The position numbers and the translations under genes were made by a program. A stretch of DNA of 64,000 nucleotides from Malacoraja senta (lineage: Eukaryota): NCBI GenBank assembly GCA_038087875.1, contig JAXLNO010000201.1, positions 1-64,000 of the forward strand, read 5' to 3'. How positions within the stretch are numbered: position 1 is the stretch's first letter; every line of letters begins with the position of its first letter. The notes under the pieces are model-generated. The model saw only the letters and a program-made list of their open reading frames with translations. It ran no database searches and was not told the DNA's origin. Shown here piece after piece: positions 58,101 to 64,000 of this stretch.

Positions 58101-61100
58101 GGATTTGTGGCGACCTTGCCGGATTTATGGCGTCCTTGCCGGAAATATGGCGACCTTGCCGGATTTATGGCGACCTTGTCGGATTTGAGACGACCTTGCC
58201 GGATTTATGGCGACGTTGCCGGAAATGCGGCGACCTTGCCTGAAATGTGGCGACCTTGATGGATTTGTGGCGACTTTGCCGGATTTACGGCGACCTTGCC
58301 GGGGATGTGGCGACCTTGCCGTATTTGTGGCGACTTTGCAGAATTTATGGCGTCCTTGCCGGAAATGTGGTGACATTGCCGGATTTGTGGCGACCTTGCC
58401 GGATTTATGGCGACCTTGTGGGATTTGTGGCGACCTTGCCGGATTTATGGCGACCTTGCCGGCAATGTGGCGACCTAGCCGTACTTGTGGCGACGCTGCC
58501 GGATTCATGGCGACCTTGCCGGAAATGTGGTGACCTTGCCGGATTTGTGGCGAGGATGCCGGATTTATGGCGACCTTGCCGGAATGTTGCGACCTTGCTG
58601 GATTTGTGACGACCTTGCCGAATTTATGCATACCTTGATTGAAATGTGGCGACCTTGCCGGATTTGTCGCCACCTTGCCGGATTTGTGGCGATCTTACCG
58701 GATTTATGGCGACCTTGCCGGGAATATGGCGACATTCCCGGATTTGTGGCGACCTTGCCGGAAATGTGGCGACATTGCCGGATTCGTGGCGACCTTGCCG
58801 GATTTTTGGCGTCCTTGCCGGAAATGTGGCGACCTTGCCGGGTTTATGGCGACCTTGTCGGATTTGAGACGACCTTGCCGGATTTATGGCGACGTTGCCG
58901 GAAATGCGGCGACCTTGCCTGAAATGTGGCGACTTTGACGGATTTATGGCGACCTTGCCGGATTTATGGCGACCTTGCCGGGGATGTGGCGACCTTGCCG
59001 TACTTGTGGCGACCTTGCAGGATTTATGGCGACCTTGCCGCAAATGTGGTGACCTTGCCGGATTTGTGGCGACCTTGCCGGATTTATGGAGACCTTGTGG
59101 GATTTGTGGCGACCTTGCCGGATTTATGGCGACTTTGTCGGCAATGTGGCGACCTAGCTGGACTTGTGGCGACCTTGCCGGAATCATGGCGACCTTGCCG
59201 GAAATGTGGTGACCTTGCCGGATTTATGGCGACGATGCCGCATTTATGGCGACCATGCCGGAATGTTGCGACCTTGCTGGATTTGTGGCGACCTTTCCGA
59301 ATTTATGGCTACCTTGATTGAAATGTGGCGACCTTGCCGGATTTGTCGCCACCTTGCCGGATTTGTGGCGACCTTGCCGGATTTATGGCGACCTTGCCGG
59401 AAATATGGCGACCTTGCCGGATTTATGGCGACCTTGTCGGGGATGTGGCGACCTTGCCGTATTTGTGGCGACCTTGCAGGATTTATGGCGACCTTGCCGC
59501 AAATGCGGTGACCTTGCCGGATTTGTGGCGACCTTGCCGGATTTATGGAGACCTTGTGGGATCTGTGGCGACCTTGCCGGATTTATGGCGACTTTGTCGG
59601 CAATGTGGCGACCTAGCCGGACTTGTGGCGACCTTGCCGGATTCATGGCGACCTTGCCGGAAATGTGGTTACCTTGCCGGATTTATGGCGACGATGCCGG
59701 ATTTATGGCGACCTTGCCGGAATGTTGCGACCTTGCTGGATTTGTGGCGACCTTTCCGAATTTATGGCTACCTTGATTGAAATGTGGCGACCTTGCCGGA
59801 TTTGTCGCCACCTTGCCGGATTTGTGGCGACCTTGCCGGATTTATGGCGACCTTGCCGGAAATATGGCGACCTTGCCGGATTTGTGGCGACCTTGCCGGA
59901 AATATGGCGACCTTGCCGGAAATGTGGCGACCTTGCCGGATTTGTGGCGACCTTGCCGGATTTATGGCGTCCTTGCCGGAAATATGGCGACCTTGCCGGA
60001 TTTATGGCGACCTTGTCGGATTTGAGACGACCTTGCCGGATTTATGGCGACGTTGCCGGAAATGCGGCGACCTTGCCTGAAATGTGGCGACCTTGATGGA
60101 TTTGTGGCGACTTTGCCGGATTTACGGCGACCTTGCCGGGGATGTGGCGACCTTGCCGTATTTGTGGCGACTTTGCAGAATTTATGGCGTCCTTGCCGGA
60201 AATGTGGTGACATTGCCGGATTTGTGGCGACCTTGCCGGATTTATGGCGACCTTGTGGGATTTGTGGCGACCTTGCCGGATTTATGGCGACCTTGCCGGC
60301 AATGTGGCGACCTAGCCGTACTTGTGGCGACGCTGCCGGATTCATGGCGACCTTGCCGGAAATGTGGTGACCTTGCCGGATTTGTGGCGAGGATGCCGGA
60401 TTTATGGCGACCTTGCCGGAATGTTGCGACCTTGCTGGATTTGTGACGACCTTGCCGAATTTATGCATACCTTGATTGAAATGTGGCGACCTTGCCGGAT
60501 TTGTCGCCACCTTGCCGGATTTGTGGCGATCTTACCGGATTTATGGCGACCTTGCCGGGAATATGGCGACATTCCCGGATTTGTGGCGACCTTGCCGGAA
60601 ATGTGGCGACATTGCCGGATTCGTGGCGACCTTGCCGGATTTTTGGCGTCCTTGCCGGAAATGTGGCGACCTTGCCGGGTTTATGGCGACCTTGTCGGAT
60701 TTGAGACGACCTTGCCGGATTTATGGCGACGTTGCCGGAAATGCGGCGACCTTGCCTGAAATGTGGCGACTTTGACGGATTTATGGCGACCTTGCCGGAT
60801 TTATGGCGACCTTGCCGGGGATGTGGCGACCTTGCCGTACTTGTGGCGACCTTGCAGGATTTATGGCGACCTTGCCGCAAATGTGGTGACCTTGCCGGAT
60901 TTGTGGCGACCTTGCCGGATTTATGGAGACCATGTGGGATTTGTGGCGACCTTGCCGGATTTATGGCGACTTTGTCGGCAATGTGGCGACCTAGCTGGAC
61001 TTGTGGCGACCTTGCCGGAATCATGGCGACCTTGCCGGAAATGTGGTGACCTTGCCGGCTTTATGGCGACGATGCCGCATTTATGGCGACCATGCCGGAA

Positions 61101-63140
61101 TGTTGCGACCTTGCTGGATTTGTGGCGACCTTTCCGAATTTATGGCTACCTTGATTGAAATGTGGCGACCTTGCCGGATTTGTCGCCACCTTGCCGGATT
61201 TGTGGCGACCTTGCCGGATTTATGGCGACCTTGCCGGAAATATGGCGACCTTGCCGGATTTATGGCGACCTTGTCGGATTTGAGACGACCTTGCCGGATT
61301 TATGGCGACGTTGCCGAAAATGCGGCGACCTTGCCTGAAATGTGGCGACCTTGATGGATTTGTGGCGACCTTGCCGGATTTACGGCGACCTTGCCGGGGA
61401 TGTTGCGACCTTGCCGTATTTGTGGCGACTTTGCAGAATTTATGGCGACCTTGCCGCAAATGTGGTGACCTTGCCGGATTTGTGGCGACCTTGCCGGATT
61501 TATGGCGACCTTGTGGGATTTGTGGCGGCCTTGCCGGATTTATGGCGACCTTGCCGGCATTGTGGCGACCTAGCCGGACTTGTGGCGACCCTGCCTGATT
61601 CATGGCGACCTTGCCGGAAATGTGGTGACCTTGCCGGATTTGTGGCGAGGATGCGGGATTTATGGCGACCTTGCCGGAATGTTGCGACCTTGCTGGATTT
61701 GTGGCGACCTTGCCGAATTTATGGCTACATTGATTGAAATGTGGCGACCTTGCCGGATTTGTCGCCACCTTGCCGGATTTGTGGCGACCTTGCCGGATTT
61801 ATGGCGACCTTGCCGGAAATATGGCGACCTTGCCGGATTTGTGGCGACCTTGCAGGAAATATGGCGACCTTGCCGGAAATGTGGCGACCTTGCCGGATTT
61901 GTGGCGACCTTGCCGGATTTATGGCGTCCTTGCCGGAGATGTGGCGACCTTGCCGGATTTATGGCGACCTTGTCGGATTTGAGACAACCTTGCCGGATTT
62001 CTGGCGACGTTGCCGGAGATGCGGCGACCTTGCCTGAAATGTGGCGACCTTGCCGGATTTGTGGCGACCTTGCCGGAAATATGGCGACCTTGCCGGAAAT
62101 GTGGCGACCTTGCCGGATTTGTGGCGACCTTGCCGGATTTATGGCGTCCTTGCCGGAAATGTGGTGACCTTGCCGGATTTGTGGCGACCTTGCCGGATTT
62201 ATGGCGACCTTGTGGGATTTGTGGCGACCTTGCCGGATTTATGGCGACCTTGCCGGCAATGTGGCGACCTAGCCGGACTTGTGGCGACGCTGCCGGATTC
62301 ATGGCGACCTTGCCGGAAATGTGGTGACCTTGCCGGATTTGTGGCGAGGATGCCGGATTTATGGCGACCTTGCCGGAATGTTGCGACCTTGCTGGATTTG
62401 TGACGACCTTGCCGAATTTATGCATACCTTGATTGAAATGTGGCGACCTTGCCGGGTTTGTCGCCACCTTACCGGATTTGTGGCGATCTTACCGGATTTA
62501 TGGCGACCTTGCCGGGAATATGGCGACATTCCCGGATTTGTGGCGACCTTGCCGGAAATGTGGCGACATTGCCGGATTTGTGGCGACCTTGCCGGATTTT
62601 TGGCGTCCTTGCCGGAAATGTGGCGACCTTGCCGGGTTTATGGCGACCTTGTCGGATTTGAGACGACCTTGCCGGATTTATGGCGACGTTGCCGGAAATG
62701 CGGCGACCTTGCCTGAAATGTGGCGACCTTGACGGATTTATGGCGACCTTGCCGGATTTATGGCGACCTTGCCGGGGATGTGGCGACCTTGCCGTATTTG
62801 TGGGGACCTTGCAGGATTTATGGCCACCTTGCCGCAAATGTGGTGACCTTGCCGGATTTGTGGCGACCTTGCCGGATTTATGGAGACCTTGTGGGATTTG
62901 TGGCGACCTTGCCGGATTTATGGCGACTTTGTCGGCAATGTGGCGACCTAGCTGGACTTGTGGCGACCTTGCCGGATTCATGGCGACCTTGCCGGAAATG
63001 TGGTGACCTTGCCGGATTTATGGCGACGATGCCGGATTTATGGCGACCTTGCCGGAATGTTGCGACCTTGCTGGATTTGTGGCGACCTTTCCGAATTTAT
63101 GGCTACCTTGATTGAAATGTGGCGACCTTGCCGGATTTGT
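55150..63140 (+). repeat. Dispersed duplication ~55150-57290 copied at ~61000-63140 (offset 5851)
   Basis: ORF pairs 55369/61220, 55729/61580, 56068/61919, 56829/62680 and 57107/62958 match. Variants ggctacattgattg and ggagatgcggcg are shared. Confidence 0.85.
57604..61277 (+). repeat. Tandem duplication of 1837 bp (57604-59440 / 59441-61277)
   Basis: ORF pairs 57786/59623, 58125/59962, 58639/60476 and 59164/61001 match. Private variants cctagccgtacttg and ggaatcatgg are shared. A chimeric junction monomer lies at 59431-59450. Confidence 0.9.
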
Positions 63141-64000
63141 CGCCACCTTGCCGGATTTGTGGCGACCTTGCCGGATTTATGGCGACCTTGGCGGAAATAT
63201 GGCGACCTTGCCGGATTTGTGGCGACCTTGCCGGAAATATGGCGACCTTGCCGGATTTATGGCGACGTTGCCGGAAATGCGGCGACCTTGCCTGAAATGT
63301 GGGGAACTTGACGGATTTGTGGCGACCTTGCCGGATTTATGGCGACCTTGCGGGAATGTTGCGACCTTGCTGGATTTGTGGCGACCTTGCCGAATTTATG
63401 GCTACCTTGATTGAAATGTGGCGACCTTGCCGGATTTGTCGCCACCTTGCCGGATTTGTGGCGACCTTGCCGGATTTTTGGCGAACTTGACGGATTTATG
63501 GCGACCATGCCGGAAATATGGCTACCTTGCCGGATTTGTGACGACGTTGCCGGATTCATGGCGACCTTGCCGGAAATATGGCGACCTTGTCGGATTTGTG
63601 ACGACCTTGGCCGATTTGTTGCGACCTTGCCGGAAATCTAGCGACCTTGCCGGATTTGTGGCGACCTTGCCGGATTTATGGCGACCTTGCCGGGAATATG
63701 GCGACCTTGCCGCATTCGTGGCGACCTTGCCGGGTTTATGGCGACCTTGCCAGAAATATGCCGACCTTGCCGCATTTGTGCCAACTTTGCCTGATTTATG
63801 GCGACCTTGCCGGATTTATGGCGACCTTGCCGGCAAAATAGCGACCTAGCCGGACTTGGGGCGACCTTGCCGGATTCATGGCGACCTTGCCGGAAATGTG
63901 GTGACCTTGCCGGATTTATGGCGACGATGCCGGATTTATGGCGACCTTGCCGGAATGTTGCTACCTTGCTGGATTTGTGGCGACCTTGCCGAATTTATGG

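Larger units (their letters stand above)
49700..63300 (+). repeat. Satellite domain D: highly homogeneous higher-order repeats built from ~0.6-0.8 kb subunits
   Basis: The marker 'gaatttatgcataccttgattg' occurs at ~51150, 52110, 52930, 53750, 56565, 58620, 60460 and 62415. Near-identical blocks sit at offsets 819, 959, 1837, 3335/3495 and 5851. Confidence 0.85.
1..64000 (+). repeat. Tandem satellite array of a 20-bp monomer, consensus GGAWWTRTGGCGACCTTGCC, ~3,200 head-to-tail copies, extending beyond both window ends
   Basis: Every 60-nt line shows three copies of the unit, e.g. 61-120 ggaaatatggcgaccttgcc ggatttgtggcgaccttgcc ggaaatatggcgaccttgcc. Phase shifts only by occasional 1-2 nt indels. 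No interruption or strand switch seen. Confidence 0.99.

Noticed and set aside
1..64000. Hundreds of ORFs up to 492 aa (MATLPDLWRPCRICGDLAGF repeats), including CxxC-like motifs
   Set aside because: All three forward frames give the same 20-aa repeat because 20 is not a multiple of 3 and the common monomers lack stops. ORFs overlap in all six frames, and indels and stops occur with no frame preservation. There is no unique domain or gene context.
1..64000. CRISPR array
   Set aside because: Repeats are directly adjacent with only a few variable bases. There are no unique spacers, leader or cas genes.
1..64000. Telomerase-synthesised long telomeric repeat (as in some budding yeasts)
   Set aside because: Kilobase blocks with shared variant patterns indicate recombinational amplification rather than templated addition. 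There is no strong G-strand bias and no chromosome end in view.
1..64000. Transposon, tRNA/rRNA gene or large inversion embedded in the array
   Set aside because: No non-monomer stretch and no reverse-orientation monomers (GGCAAGGTCGCCA on the + strand) were seen on reading through. Only the 8-bp core variant is inverted.
1..64000. G-quadruplex-forming array
   Set aside because: There are only GG doublets with 6-10 nt spacing. Runs of three or more G are rare isolated variants, so canonical G4 motifs are absent.
1..64000. Species or named satellite family assignment (TTGCCGGA resembles some nematode repeats)
   Set aside because: The resemblance is only a short motif and cannot be supported without a database search.

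Overview
The whole 64 kb window is one uninterrupted, single-orientation tandem satellite array. The monomer is 20 bp, consensus GGAWWTRTGGCGACCTTGCC (about 55-60% GC, about 3,200 copies). There is no unique sequence, transposon insertion, RNA gene, CRISPR spacer or credible CDS. The hundreds of overlapping ORFs arise because the common monomer forms have no stop codons on either strand and 3 monomers equal 20 codons. The informative structure is internal. (i) Four major monomer states arise from a co-varying TT/AA pair and an A/G site. (ii) Rare variant monomers recur in conserved multi-monomer cassettes. (iii) Irregular higher-order repeats and recent segmental duplications of 160 bp to about 6 kb are nested in the array. 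(iv) The array is layered into domains (~1-13.9 kb, ~13.9-37.2 kb, ~37.2-49.7 kb, ~49.7-63.3 kb), each with its own diagnostic variants. (v) A recurrent variant monomer has its 8-bp core in reverse-complement form (GTGGCGAC to GTCGCCAC). This organisation is typical of eukaryotic satellite DNA, possibly (peri)centromeric or subtelomeric, but organism and function cannot be determined from the sequence. Duplication offsets were read from matching diagnostic variants and matching ORF-track entries. Boundaries are approximate unless stated.
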